A DNA stretch of 64,000 nucleotides from Candidatus Omnitrophota bacterium (GCA_003598025.1 QZKH01000005.1:4682-68681), one strand, 5' to 3'. Shown: positions 15,001-30,000, numbered from the stretch's first letter. The notes: a model not told the origin generated them from the sequence alone. Numbers and translations: made by a program.

Positions 15001-18000
15001 ATACAGGAGAAGGCCAGAGCGATGATTTCTGATTTCCATAAATATAGCAAGGCTGTCGAGGAGTATCAGGCAAGGCACCCTAACAAAGAAGCGACATCAT
15101 CTCCTTTGACGAATTCAAATGAGTTTAATAAAGCCTTTACGGCAATATCAAAACTAGACCCTGGCCAGTGGTTAGGAGAAAGATTAATATCTGCTGTTCT
15201 TTCCTGCAATAATAAACAACCGCCTTTCGTAATTAAGATTTCTAATGCCGATGATGTAAGGATCCATAGCCATCTTGCCAAAAGATGCCAGGAGAGGCCC
15301 GAGCTTGATCACGAAATAATTGTGCTTGAGGTAGTAAATGTTGAAAGCAGGGCAAGGGCAATTATACGTCTGATGGCCGGGACACGTTCTGATATTGAGG
15401 TATTATTCAGCGACATCCCGGACCATAATGAAGAAAGAGCAAGAAGGCTATTTTTGGATCTTGAGTGTGCTTTTGATTTTAATACAGAGGTTATAGGCAT
15501 TGAGAAATTAATCGGGAGTGAAGCACAGAATATGCTTACTGTGCTTAAAGCTCTATTTGCGGGAGTAGGTTTTGGCCGGGCCAAAGTTATGTTTAGGGTG
15601 CAAGAATTCAGGGATATGGTCCGTTTTCCTAAGGTATTCAATGGGAGAGCTGAAGAAAGCTTGTCTAAGGATTTTCTTGATAGGGCAGCCAGGGTCATGG
15701 CATTGATAGGAAATACAGGATATGCGGAATTGGATGAATTAGAAGGCAGGAGCCTGATTGAGCGTATTTGGTATAGGTTTATAGGCTTTGGTGTCTTAAG
15801 GGTAAGATTAGATAAACTCGCAAGAGTAGATATTAAACAAAGAGCAGCGCAGTGTTTGGCGTTATTGAGCGATGCACAAATAAGCGAAGCCGAGCGTAAT
15901 TCGTTGAACTCCAGCATTGAGGCAGAAAGGAGAAAGCAGCAGGAAATAGACGGACAGATTGCTGATATTCCAGGTAAGCTGAGCTTACTTCAGGCTGAGG
16001 TTGAACGCATCAATGCGGAATTAGCAGAAGAATCAGGTCATTCAGATACGTATAAAGCTAAAGCCGCGGAGTTACATGAGATAAATACCCGGGGTGTTAA
16101 TACTAAGAGAGAAATAGAAGGGCTAGAAGCTTCTTTGGAAAGAACTTTGGCTGGTTTAAGCCCTGCAGACAGAGAGTTATTTGATAAGGTTGCCAGATTT
16201 AAAGCGAATGTTTCTGATTTAGAAACCAGGGTACAAAGAGGAGCAGAAAATAAGGCAGAATTGGAATCAAGAGCCGTTAGGATGAAAGAAGCAGTCACTC
16301 ATTATGAGGCACAACTTAAGCAGGCGGCAGGAGAGGAAGCAGTTTCTCAGATAAGAGACATCGAGCAGCGTATATCAGAACTACAGCCAGCTTATACTAG
16401 ACTTGGTAAAAGGTATCAGGCTTTAAGATTAGAATGCCAGCAGATTGAGCAGGAAGAGGTTTCCCGGAAGGAACAATTACAGAGAAGGGTACTTGATCTA
16501 CAGAAAGAAATTGAAAGGTCTTCCGGGGACAGGCGGAAATTAGAAGAAAATCGAGCTTCTACTCAAGAGGCTTTAGAAGTACTTTTGAAACAATCCGTAG
16601 CGCTTGATGCCAAGATAAGTTCTTATCGGGATAAAATTAACCAGTTTGAGAGTGATAATGCGCTAATGGGCTATGTGCGCCTTAAGCAGGAACTCCAGGT
16701 GATAGAAACGCGTTATGCCAGCCAGCCACAAACTGGGAGGCGCTCGCGTTTCACGGAGTTAAGAAAAAAAGCACAGGACCCGGAAAAGAATTTGAGCCAA
16801 CAAGAGCGCGCAGAATTGGATCAGATTATTGCTGATCGGCAGAAAGAAGCAGAGCTTCTATCCGGGATAAAATCCTATTATTCGGAGGCTGACGTTGTAA
16901 CAAAAGTCGTTGATGACTATTTTGATAATCCGGACAAAATCATGATGTTCTTTGATGCGGGATTGGAGGCTGCAGACAGACCTGAGCTGAAAGATTTAAA
17001 AGAGCAGGCCAAGATTTTAAGGGCAGAGTTGTTGGCTGCAACCGCAGAGCGGGAGCAGTTGCAGAATAGATTATCTGAGATTACAAAGCGGATCTTGGAG
17101 TTATCTACTTTATCTAGGGTAGTCGCAGATGTTGAAGCAGTAATTACCCGTTTATTCAGGCAGGGCAATCAGGCTATCCCTAGTTTAGAATATACTAAAA
17201 GTGATGAAGCAAGCGCTTTTTCGCACGCATCAAGATTATTTGGCAAGCTGATAAGCGCACATAAATTGGTATTGCTCGGTTATTTGGAAGAGCCAAAAGA
17301 TACTCCCAGCTCAAGCCCTATCTCTGTTGACGAGGTTAGGTCAGCATTAGATAACGGCCGCATTCGCAAGACAACCATGCTTTTAAGAGAAACCGACCCC
17401 AAGGATCAATCGTTTGATGCCTTAAGAGAACGCTTAGCGAATAGAAAGAAAGAAAACAGGCGTGTTCTGGAATGGGTACAGAGGATGAGGGAGTTTAGAA
17501 ATGACGGCAGGTTGCATTTGGCGATAAGAAATGCCAAAAGAATACTTGAGTTGAGTCCGGATCATCCGGAAGCAAATGAAGTAGCGGCTATAAGAGGAGA
17601 ATTAAGGAGTCTGGACTTAACCGGGATGAATAATGTTTATGTAAGAGGTTTTCTTTACCGCAGGCTTGACGAGTTCCGCGGTTACCTTCATGAGAAAGGC
17701 TTAAAATTTACCAAGATAATGCTTGTTGAAATGAAAACGAAAATTGAAATCCGCCTTACTTTAAAAAACGGCAGGATTTTGACTTATTCGATAGCCCTTG
17801 ATAACAAAGGCAAGCCCAAAGGAACCTTGCCTAACCAAAGAAGTGCGGACCTACTTTATATCTTACTTATCCATGGCCAGATTCCGTCTATAGTGAATGC
17901 GGATAATCCGTATTTGACGAGGTCATACGGCAAGAATCGCCAGATCCAGCTGGATTTTGTTGATTTCTTCAAAGTCGTAGGCAACAAAGAATTAGCTGTA

Positions 18001-21000
18001 TTTACGAAATTTGCCGAGGGAAAAGTTGAGGTATATATAAGTGATGAAGACGAAATGGGCTTGTACGTTTCGATAATGACCAAGAACGGTCTACCGGATG
18101 TTAAGGGTGCTTCCAAGAAACAAAGGCACTATATTGTATTGAATGTTTTGGTTGAGCAGGAAGCTGTATCCAGCGAAGGAATCAGTCTTAAAGACTATAA
18201 AGCTGATTGGTTGTTAGAGAGAGCAAGAGTTGCTTTAGAAGCTAATGATTTCAATACCGCAAGGCAGAATATACGGGCAGTTTTTGATTTCTATCCTGGA
18301 TCTAAGAAGGCAGCTGAATTACTTAAAGAATACGAAATTGAGAAAAGCATGTATTACCACCGGAAAATAATGGCAGAAAAAATGCTGGTCGGTGAACTTA
18401 AGCCATGGCGTGAGCGTGTAATAGATGACGAAGGCAATGTTTATATTTACCTCCATCAGGATAATGGCAGGCAAACCCAGGGGATCGCGCTTAATTTTGC
18501 TCTTATACCAGACTTGTCAGTTGGTTCAACATTGCAAATAGTGCCTATTGTTTCCCAGGAAGCGTCTTATAGCCGAGTTTCAGTATTAGTTTATAAGGAT
18601 ATGACTGCAGAAGAAATTGCAATAGGGGTATCTCCATTAAGAACCTGGAGCTACGATCTTGAATCTGATAACCTTAGAATAATAGGTGATGGCACGGATC
18701 TGCATATGAAACTGAGAGAAATTGACTCTGCCAAGTTATCCGTAGCTAATACTATGGCTGCAATAGGCAGGATAAGGGGTGAAAATTTTAATGGGGTTTA
18801 TCGGAGACTTTCCGGGCAGGTAGAACAGGTATTATTGCTAATATCAAATGATGCTTCCAAAGAGACAGCTTGTGCATATATGTTCGGCCTCATAGATAAA
18901 GCAAAAAGGAGGTACTCTTCCAGCAGGGTATTGCATGTTCTTCTGGATAGCATATTATATGACCATTTCCTTTATGATGAAGACTCCATTAGAGAACCCG
19001 AAGAAGAACAGCTGAAGGCGCTAAGCAAGAAGCAAATGAAAGAGTTAATGGAGTTTGGCGTCAGCTCTTCTCCCATTGATAATAAAGGCGAATTTTCAAC
19101 CCGGGTTACTGTAATTGCAGATGCTGTAAAGGCCTGGTCTAAAGAAATGTTAAGTATATTCTACTGGGTTTGTTTTGAGCATGCCGGATTGTTATATTCG
19201 GCCTTTTCGGTTAGTAAGCTTGTCCAGGTTAGTGGCGCAACTTTAAGGGTCATAAGGTCGGATTTGGGTAAGCCCTATGTCCATTATTATGTGGTTATAT
19301 CGTGGCCTGAATCTAGCGGTTATTTAGTTGATATTTTTCCTGAAGGTAACAGCAGATTAGATCATCTTAACCACGAAGAAGATAAAAGAAGGTTATTTAC
19401 AGAAAACGGAGCATTGGTCATTCCTCTATCTGAATCTGAAATAATAGAAGAGGGTTTTGGCAGGCCCTCTGATATGGAGATAGTCTATTCTTTAAATGAT
19501 TCAGAAGAGTCTATTGACCCGGAGTTTATTATTTATTTGGGTGAGGCCAGAAGATCGCTGGGAGACTTATGGAGTTTTAACAGAATAGAAGATGAGCATA
19601 TCGGAAGGAGTATCCTTCGTGAAACAGGGTTATCTCATGAGATAGGAAGGAGAAAATTCGTATCAAGCCCTATTATGCCTATTGGAGGAGTATCTTATGA
19701 AGGAGCCGGCCATAACCGCCCTATAGACCTTGGAAATAATTTGTATAGGCTTGTTAATATTAAGAAGCCAAGAGAAATAGTGGTTACATTAGAAAGGTCA
19801 AAAGATGAGGATGTAATCAATCTTAATGAAGCAGTTATTTCGGCTGTTGTAGCATATTTATCCGGGTTGATTGAGGAAGATGTTAGGTCCCGCAGGCTCG
19901 GTGCCGAATTGACTGCAAGGATCAGGTTGCAGAAAGAAAGAATAGAAAAGTTGCGTTCAATACAGCCCGTTTCAGGGTCCGCCCCTTCTTTGACAGCTAC
20001 TGAAACCGGTAAATCTTCATTTAGCATGGTTTTAAATAGTGAGATTACTAAAAGGAGAGGCAGAAATACCTCTTCTCCTATTAATCTGGATGAAAGGCTA
20101 AACAGCCGGATAGTAGACATGCTTTCTGCGGGATTGAGGCCCGAGTCTACACTTGTTATTACGCATGTAGGCAGGCATCCAGATTATGGCGAGGTGGCAG
20201 ATAGGATCATATCCGGCGTGGATAAGCTTTACCAAAACCAGAAAATAGATAGTAGGTTAGTATTATTTTCAAATACGCTTACTTCTCCCTACCCGGGAGG
20301 TTATCATTCCGATGGAGGTGTATTGGCTCCTGATGCTAAAATAGAAGTAAGCGGATCAGGCGACGTATTCGTCATTGCCGGATCAACCGTGGGCGCATGC
20401 CATTTAATAACTTACCAGGAGATAGTAGATATTGTTGCCTCAAGGCACAATACAAGGGCTGTGATTTTTATACCTTTGGAGGCAACGGACAGGACAATCA
20501 ATCCTACCGCAACGGATGAAGCCTATTCCATGTATCTTGCATCAAATATTAGTATAGGCGGATATGAGGTCTTTGATTTTGTTAATCAGCATTTTATCCC
20601 AGGCCCGGGGCAGACACCGGAAATAATATTAGTATGGGTAAAAACATCTCAGGAGGCAATAGAATGGATAGGCCGGATTAAAGAATTATCACAATCGATT
20701 GAACGGGCATCTGTTCTCCTGGGCGCAGTTTCTCAATTTAAGCATGATGTCAATAACCGTCTGACAGCCATAGTGGGCAATATTGATATGGATTTGCTTG
20801 ATGCCGGTATTCAGGAGTCATCTATGAAGGGTAAGCTCAAGCAATTGATAGATAGTGTTCGGGTTTCATTTATAACTATCCCTAAAGGGAATACGCAAAT
20901 TGTTGACATTACGCAGGCAGTATCCATTATTTGGCTATGCCAGTGTTTTATAAGCGAACTTCTGGCCTGGTCGAAAGATACTGATGAAGATGCGATCTTT

Positions 21001-24000
21001 GAGGGATTACCATTAAGAAAAGACCAGTTTTCTCCCAGACGTTTTGGTTATGTACGCAGAGAAATAGGAGTCATTAAGAAGATGATAGATGTGCTTAAGC
21101 GCGCCGGTGAAAGCAGCCCTTCCATCATAAATAGAGAAAGAATTGATATAGGCAGGATTATTAAAGAAGAGCTTGAACATATTGAAGGCATGAGGAAAAT
21201 AATCTCTGAATCCGAGCCAGGGTTGTTTGTTTGGGGTGATGAACTGTTATTAAGGAATATTTTACTGAATTTATTTGTTAATGCCAGACAGGCAATGGCT
21301 TCTTTGATAGAAGTGAAGGTAGGCAGGGTAGAGGCTTCCGGAGAGATAGATATAACTATTCAAGATAACGGCCCCGGGATACCGGAAGAAGATATTCCTC
21401 TTGTATTTGATTTATTTTTTACCACTAAGGTTGACGGTAGCGGCATGGGGTTATATATGGCTAAGAAAGCAACAGAGGCAATGGGTGGAAAAATTTCAGT
21501 TCAGTCTGACCATGGCTCAAGATTCAACATCCGTTTAAACGCAGCATCTTCTCCTTTGGAAAGATTTGGATTTAGTGCGCATGCAATCAACGGCCCCCCG
21601 GCTTTATTTACCGGTTCTGTTCTAAACCCGCATCAAGCAATTCATTCCAGGGGGGCAGTTCTCCGATTACCCGGAGAAACGGTCCTGTCTTCAAGCCCGG
21701 TTAAATATAAAATCGTGGTACATGAATTTACAAGACTTAATGATAATCAGCCTCTTCTTACTCCCAGAGACGGAGTCTATTGGGAAAAGGGAGGGGTTTT
21801 GAATCCTGCTGTTGTAATACGCGATGTAAAAGGGCTAGATGGCAATATCCATTTTATTTATCGCGCTGATGAGGGCGGTTTGCATCCAAGCGGCAGCCTT
21901 GGCTATGCCAGATTTAAGTTTGATGAAGCGCAAAGAAACCTTATCTTGGTTGACAGGTGGGATAAGCCGATAATGTCATGCCATGACCACCAGTGGTGGG
22001 AAGACCCCAGGGCATTTATTTTAAGCGGGGCTTTATATGTCAGCTCTACGCATTGCCAGATCTTTCCAAACAATAACATAGTTACCGAAGGTTGCATCTC
22101 ACACGAAATGAATTTCAATCACGCAGTAAGAAGCCGAAATTTCAGATGGTTAAACAGGTACGTAATAACAGGCAATAAGAAGAAATTTGATAAAGATGTA
22201 GTCCTTTGCCCTCGGAAAGTAAATATACACGGCAGCCAATATTGGGCTGCTTATAATCGTCCATGGCCGGATATAGGGGTAATAGTTTCTCCAAGCGCCT
22301 TTGGCCCGTGGTTCAGGTTCAAGGAACGGGTAATGTCTCCCAGGCAAGGGGATTCTCATATAGGCGCAGGCTCAAATATGGTAGAAATTAAATTTAATCA
22401 TCAACATATGTATTTATTCTTCATACATAGTGTCTTTTATAGGGATAAGGCTGCTGATACCAGGACATATTACGGGAAAGCCGTTCTTGCCCAGGCTGAC
22501 AGGCCATGGGAAATAATTGATGAAACTGATGGCATCGTATATCCGGAATTAGAATGGGAGAAAAATGGCCTTGGCGGTAAATTAGACTGTATTTTTATTA
22601 CCAGCTTTGCTCCTACCTACAGGAGAGGAGCGCGCGTAAAGGGGATAGTTGGCTATGGGGCGGCTGATAAGTATGTAGGTGCTGCCTATGTTGATTTAGA
22701 AATTATCAGGGACGGTTCTCAAAACAAGGCAGAACCGTCCCTGAATGAAAATGCTTCTAGTCCGCTTACTATAGATGATATACAGCGATATTCGGATTCT
22801 GCCGTGAAATGGAGAACCGCAAAATCTATAAGGTATATCGGCGGGTTATTCAGGGATTCATTTTCACCGAAAAGGAGAGAAATAATCCATACGGCCCTTC
22901 TTTCCTTGCTGAAAAATGAGCATCGCGTAGCTTTAAATGAAGTGTTAAAAATAATAGGCATGGAGCAGCAAGATAGAGAGGTGATTTTGGCTGGCCACGA
23001 GTATGGAGTGCATGCAGTCAGGGATATAATCATGAGCCGTGAATTCAGCATTGAGATAAGATTGCGTGCGTTAATGTTTATCTCTGCTTGGTTAAAGGAT
23101 TCAGAGGATAATTTTAGGGAAGAAGCGGTGAACAGTTTTTCGGTTGTTGAATTAAAAGATTTCCTCAACCGTTTAAGAAATAAAAGCATGCTTAAGAGAA
23201 AGCTGGAATCCGGGTTGCCGCTAAGATTTTCTGATGATGTATTAAGGCTGGGTTATGCGGCTGTAGCGCTATTTATTTACCATAAAGGAGCGGGTATTTC
23301 CCTGGCTACACTTTTTGAAATACTGCATAGGATTTTTATAAACGCCAGGATTTCTCCCGGGTATGAAGATGCTAACTCAGGGTTTAATTTCGGAGGCAGG
23401 TTTGCAAGAAAACATTCAGGAGGAGTAGCAATCGGGACCTGCGCTCATGAAATCATGCATAATATATTGTCAATCGAGACAAAACTGGATTCATATGAGA
23501 ATAAAGATGTAGCATCAATTCATGAGTTTATGAGCGATGTAATGGCTTTTGCTTTCTATAGATGGGTTTATTGGCCTATGGAGATAGCAAAAGAACTGGA
23601 ATCTTTCCATTTTGTTGAGCACCTTAATAGCTGCCCTAATTTTATAGCCGCTGAACAGCACCAGGCTGCCCGTGCCCAGCTAAAGATAATTATTGATGAG
23701 TGCTCCGGATACGAGAATGTTGATTGGCCGCTTCTTTTAACAGCAGGGATTACCGTTTTAAGAGGCTGGATAGGCGGAAGCTTTAGTCTTTTTACAGAAC
23801 GAGTTTTACACACATATTTTTTAAATCTGCGGCAAGCCCCCGGGGATAGGCCTGGAGAAGGTCCCGGTTATGGCCTAGTGACAGAAAACTTGTTAGGTTT
23901 GCCTGCCGGAGCCAGCAGTAAAGTTGCCACCAAAATCTTATTGTTGCCTAATTCAGGAGTACGCCGTATCCTGCAAGTTTATAGCATTGGAGCATCATCT

Positions 24001-27000
24001 CCCCTGGATTCATCAAATATCATATTGGAAATAGATTCTAGGGCACTCTGCGCTACTTACGGCGGGACTATAAAAGATGTCCCGCAGGCATTCTGGGATT
24101 GGCTTAGTTCTTTAGGTGTAGGCGTAATATGGTTTAAAGGCGTGTGGAGGAAAAGCCCTCTTTCACACCGATTGATGAGGATCTGGGGCAGAAGGCACGG
24201 GGAAACATTAAAGCGTTGGGCAAGCGCATATGATGTTTATGATTATGAACTTGATCCGGATATCTCTGCTACCGATGATGAGTTTATAAGAGTTGTATCA
24301 ATGTTTAAAGATAGAGGTATAAGGGTAATACTTGATTTTGTCACTAATCATATTGCTTTTGATTCTCCTCTTGTAGAAAGAGTTGAGGGATTAGCCTTAG
24401 CGAACCGTAACATTTCGGCATATGAGAATACGGAGATATGGCTTGATAATGCTTTAAGAGGCGCCTCACAGCCGATTAATCATCCGATATCATATATATA
24501 CCATGCCCGTGTAGGCGAACCCGGGTACAATCCGCCGATGATGAACCTAGCTCAGATTAATTATATGGATAAGAGAGCCAGGGAATATATGATCAAGACC
24601 GTCCTTCATAAAATTGCAAAATTAACATTAGGTGGTGGCTTGCGCGCTGATCTGGCATTCTTGGCTTTCAGATATAATATTTATGATACCTGGGGCAAAC
24701 CTTATGGTATGAGCTGGGAATATTTTGAGCGACAAATGCCGAATGAATTCTGGAGAGAATTTATGGATGAAGTTAATGCTGAATATCCAGGTATGCTGGT
24801 AGTCGCTGAGAGCTATGAATTCGGTGATAAAGAAGGCTGCCCTTGGGAAGGAAGGGCCGGTGCGTTTACCAGGTTAGGCATGATCCCTTACGAGAAACAC
24901 GCATATGACCTTCTTCGGCTTGGTTATGCCGATTCATTCAGAGGGTATACTTTTGTAAATTCTCCAACTGATTTCATGCATTCAACCGTTCATTTCGTTG
25001 AGAATCATGATGAGCCGGCTGCCGTAGAAGCTTTTGGGCATATGAAAAAGGCTTTAGCTGCTTCAATAATTTCAGCAGGATTACCGGGCTATTTCCTTAT
25101 ACCTTTAAGACAGGTGCTAAATATGACCGGATATGGCGTTGTAAAGGAAATGAAGTCAGCTGATGCCGGTATCTATGAATATAAATATCCGCATATTAAC
25201 GAAATACTTAAAGAGCGATTAAGCATACCGGGGTTGGCATGGTTTTTGGGATTCTTAGGAAGAAGATCTTATGGTAACGGAGAATTCTTTAGCGCTTATC
25301 TTGCTAAAATAGAGAGAATGGTGCCTGAAGGATGCCTGAAGTTAAGCCCGGAAGCTACCAGGGAACAGGTTTTGGAAGCAACCGGCTGGAGAGAGGATTC
25401 CAGGGGCAGGGTATGGGAAGATGTTAGCATTAACAACAGTGGGATTATATCTTTTATAAGGCATACACCGCAAGCCGACCTGCTTGTTGTAGTAAATTAT
25501 TCAGGAGAGCATTTTGATTTAATGATCAACAGAGATTCAGCGTTTTCATATTATAACGATAATGAGAATGCGCCGAAGAGTTTGCTTCCTAATTTAGGGG
25601 ATGCAACAGGATTATGCGAATATATTTATGACGATAAAACGGGAAGCTTGGAATTAGAACTCCCTGCCTGGGGTTACGCACTAATTGAATTTACATCTTC
25701 CTCGCCCTTAAATCCAGATAAAATATTGTTTGGGAAATCTAATGTTGAAAGATTAGCTGCCGATTTTGATGAGGACCCCGGTATTATAGAAGGTGACTTA
25801 AGAGCAATTAGCGAGGCCTTAGGTATATCCGGTTTAAAGAATGAGGCGCTAAGTTATCTTGATAGCGGAATGCAAGTTGATATTGATTCAATGGACTTAA
25901 CTGCGTTAGAAGCGTTTGCGCAAAGGACTCATAAACGGGTTTACAAGGTTAGTTTTGATGTTTATCCCAAAGGTCACTCTTTTGAAATGTTATTAAAAAT
26001 TGTTAAAGAGAAGGTCAGGAATACCATGTCGGGGGTTCCGTATGATATGAATTTCATTAATCGAGTGCACCTTGTCGGAGAAAGAATCCGTTCTTCCAGG
26101 GAATGGCTGCATCCACGTTCGGGAGAGCCGATAGAATGCCGCAATAGCAAGCCGAGAATATTATTTACCGAGGAATTAATCCGCTCTCAGGCAACAGGCT
26201 TAACTACCCAGCTTTGCCGTGCGCTAAAAGTCGCTTCTTACATATCTTTATGGGAGATACTTGGCCATAAAGGATTTGTCCTGGACCCAAATGAGTCTAA
26301 TGCCGTTATAAGAATCCATCAGGGGCATCCTGTGGCTACCATAATTGATTTAGACGGGCTTTCAGAGAGCGAAGGCGGAGTTAATGAATTAGAGGTAATT
26401 GACAGCCTGTATGATGAAGGAGATATGGCCTTTGAGCCTATGGCCCTAGGGATTATCCACGCTTTAGGCAGAGAAGGCGCGGTGCAGTTTTTTGGAAACC
26501 TGAAGGACCAGATAATATCAGTACCAAAATCAAGGTTAGCTTTTCTATTTAAAATATTTGAAGAGGGTATTCAAAATCAACCCACCTTATCTTCTTCTCC
26601 GGTAAGCCCTGAGTCTGAAGCTACTATCAGGGCATTTGTGGCTGGCCAAGAAAGAGCCGACTGTTTCTTCCGGTTTACAAGAGAGATTTTGGCTAACAGA
26701 TTATCTTTAAGAGATGTAGTTTCATCCAACGCATTACGTCAGGGTGTGGCAGATTATCATCTTGACCAGATAGGTTATTTGGGAGACGAAAGAGCGCTTA
26801 TCCTGAGGGTTAACGGCGAGTTTTTTGCAGTAAGGTTATCCGGAATAAATAACACCGATGAGATTGAGCCCGTTGTAGCTATTAACAGCGGGGATTTAAT
26901 ATTGCAAGTACTTTCCCGCGAAGATTTTCTTAAGTTATGGAGTAAGGCTACTGGCTTGGATCCAAGTATTTATAACACCGATAGCTCGATATATGTTTTT

Positions 27001-30000
27001 ATGCAGGCATTGGTTAGCAATGTACCTGTTAACGGCCATGGTTTAAAGCTGACGATAGAAGATGTTTTAGGCCAGGGGCTTGAAGGCACGGTATTTTTGG
27101 CTAGGGATTTAAACACAGGCAGAAAATTTGCTTTAAAAGTCGCATACAAAGATTTACGCCGGATGTATGAGTTCTGGGCAGATAAATTTGATATTTTGGA
27201 AAGAGAAGCAGCACATCTTTTAAACCACCTTGTGAGATTTCATTCGTGTGAATTTCATGCTGAGTTTGGCTCTTCGCTGCTCATGGAATACGTTGATCCG
27301 TATTCTTCCATTGAAGATCATATTAAAGCCTTAAACCCGCAGGATAGGCTTAAAGAGGGCTTAAAGATTCTAGGGGAGTCTAGCAGGGTCGTTTCGTCCT
27401 TACATGGTTTTGAAGCGCCGGTTGGAGATATAGGCCTGCCTAATACTCTGGTTACCGGTTTAGACAGGAGAGGGCCTGTTAAGCTTATCGATCCTTTCCC
27501 CGCTGCAATAGAATCACCTGAACAATATAAACGGCAAGACATCTTTCAACTCATGCATATGCTTTATTGGCTGGTTACTGGCATTGTTTGGCCCAATGGT
27601 ACCTATGAGTACAGGAAAAAGGTCATGGCTGGAGAGTATGACCCTGAAGAAGGCAGAAGAATATTTTCATCCCTCCCGCTTTTAAATAACCGGGAATATG
27701 AATCACTGCATAGTATTGCTGTTAATGCCTTATCAGGGACATGGGACAAATATATAGAAGGCATTAATGCGTTAGAGGATATTGCCGCATCGTCTCCCAT
27801 AACTATAGCCAGGACGATACCGGGATGTTCTATTGCTGAAGCTCAAGCAGGCAAAGAAATGCAGGCAGCGTTAAGAATGATAGGTAGTGGTATATTTTTG
27901 CCTGTTTACTCATTGCCATCATTCTTTGGCGAACCTAAGCCGGGGCAGAGAGAATATGGTATAGGGGATTTAGGCGATGCCGCAAAAGAATTCGTTCTCT
28001 TGCTTGCCCAGGCAGGCCAGAGGTATTGGCAGATATCACCGCTTAATCCAACAGACGGGAATAATTGTTCATACCGCACGGATAGCGTTTTTGCACTTGA
28101 TTATAAGATCGTTCCTCCGGGCAGCCTTTTAAGAGATGGTTGGATAACAGAGGAGGAGCTTGATTCGGTACTCCCTAAGCTGGAGCCCGCTAACAGGATT
28201 GCTCTTCCAAGAGGACAGCTTGAATATAAACAGAAACTTTTGTCTTTTGCGTTTGAAAGATATTTAAGAGATAAATTATATAGAGAAGAATTTAATCAAT
28301 TTATGGAAGAGGAAGATTACTGGCTGCAAGATTATGTTTTATATAAGGCAATAGAAGCCGAGAATCCCGGGAGATGGGTGTCCTGGCCGGAGGAATTAAA
28401 ACAGAAAAGGGCACAGGCTACGGTAGAATTCCGTAATAAAAACAAAAATGAAGTTCTGCGTTATGGGTTCTATCAGTATCTTTTGCAAAAATATTTGGAT
28501 GAACTTGTGGATTTTGCTGAAGCGCACGGAGTATATATTATCTCCGATTTACCCGCTTATTCTATGCACGGCAGTTGCGATGTTTGGGCTAATCGCGATG
28601 TGTTTGTGCTTGATAAGAATGGCCAGAGGACATTAGTTGCCGGTGCGCCGGCTGATGCATTTAAAGGAGGAGATGGCCAGGCCTGGAACCATCCTATGTA
28701 CAGATGGGATAGTAAGCGCACGATGGATTTCTGGATTCAGAAATATAGAAGAATGAAACGCCTATATAAAAACGGTTTTGTGCGGGCAGACCACATAATA
28801 GGCCAGATTACTCCCTGGGGTTATAAATTTGGTACACCTGCAAAATACGGATGGAGAGTCAGCGGCCAGTATCTAGCAAAGGTATTTTTTGACAGGCTTA
28901 GAGAGATATTCCCTGACCTTGAGCGCTTTTTAATCGGAGAAGACCTGGGCATTATCACCGAGGAAACAAAGGAATTGATGAGCCATTACGGCTTCATGGG
29001 AATGAGGATATTCCAATTTATGCCGTTTAATAATTCTGAATCAGAAGTGGATAATGATTGGAATAATCCTGCAAATTATTCAAGAAGAAACGTTTTGTAT
29101 ATGGGTACCCATGATTTACCTCTTATCAGGCAATGGTGGAGGCATAGGTTGAGCGGAGAAGGAAGGGCGCGCCTTAATCATTTTTTCAACGACTTTGTAG
29201 ATGACGCAAATGTCGCTTCAAAGGTGGTCAGTTTTATTATGGGGCAGAACACAAATATAACCGTTCTCTCCTTGCCGGATATCATAATTGATGAAGGAGT
29301 TATGGGGTTACTTGATGGGCAGATAAATGATCCTGAAGCCAAAGATGGAAATTGGTCGTGGCGTTTGTTGCCGCAGTTATTTAATGATGTTACGAGGAAG
29401 AGTCTTTTGTCTCTGACAGAAGGGTCTTATAGAACACCGGCAAATGTAATATTCAGGCTTAATGCGCTTTCTCCGTCTTCAGCAGAGGTTATGTTAGCAG
29501 AAGAGGTGCTTAAAGGCTACGCTGACAGCGCTTCGGCCAGCAAGCTTATTGAATTATCTGCGAATGGACTGATAAGAATAGGTGATATTAAAGGAATGCT
29601 TTCTGTAATATATGAACATAACAACGGGAAAAAATTTATCATATTGTCCGATAATAAAGATAGCCAGCGTCATCTGTCTGTTGAAGAAAGGGCAGTAAGT
29701 TTAATCAGGGCTATAGAGCGATATGATGAAACAGGCAGTGTTTCTTCGCCCTTAGAGATTTCCAATGAGGATTTATTGAGCTCTGCTAAAGAAGCTGTTT
29801 TAAGATTTGAATCAAGCTTAAGAGTTTTGTCTGAAATCAGCCCTCAATATCTCCGTGAGCAGATGGTTGCTTTTATGGGCGTATTGCTTGATCCTAAAAT
29901 TAAGATTGAAATATTAGAACCTACCTTAAGAGCCCGGCTTACGAGGCTTGGGATAGAACAACAAGAGAGAGTTGCTTATAGAGAAAGTCTTTATGCACAC

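Noticed and set aside
8677-21120. SSPG at 8677 and SSPS at 21112 as linker sites
   Set aside because: They lack the aliphatic residue after Pro and lie within kinase modules; probably chance occurrences
22708-22742. Hairpin as a rho-independent terminator
   Set aside because: No U-tract follows, and it is in frame within a continuing ORF
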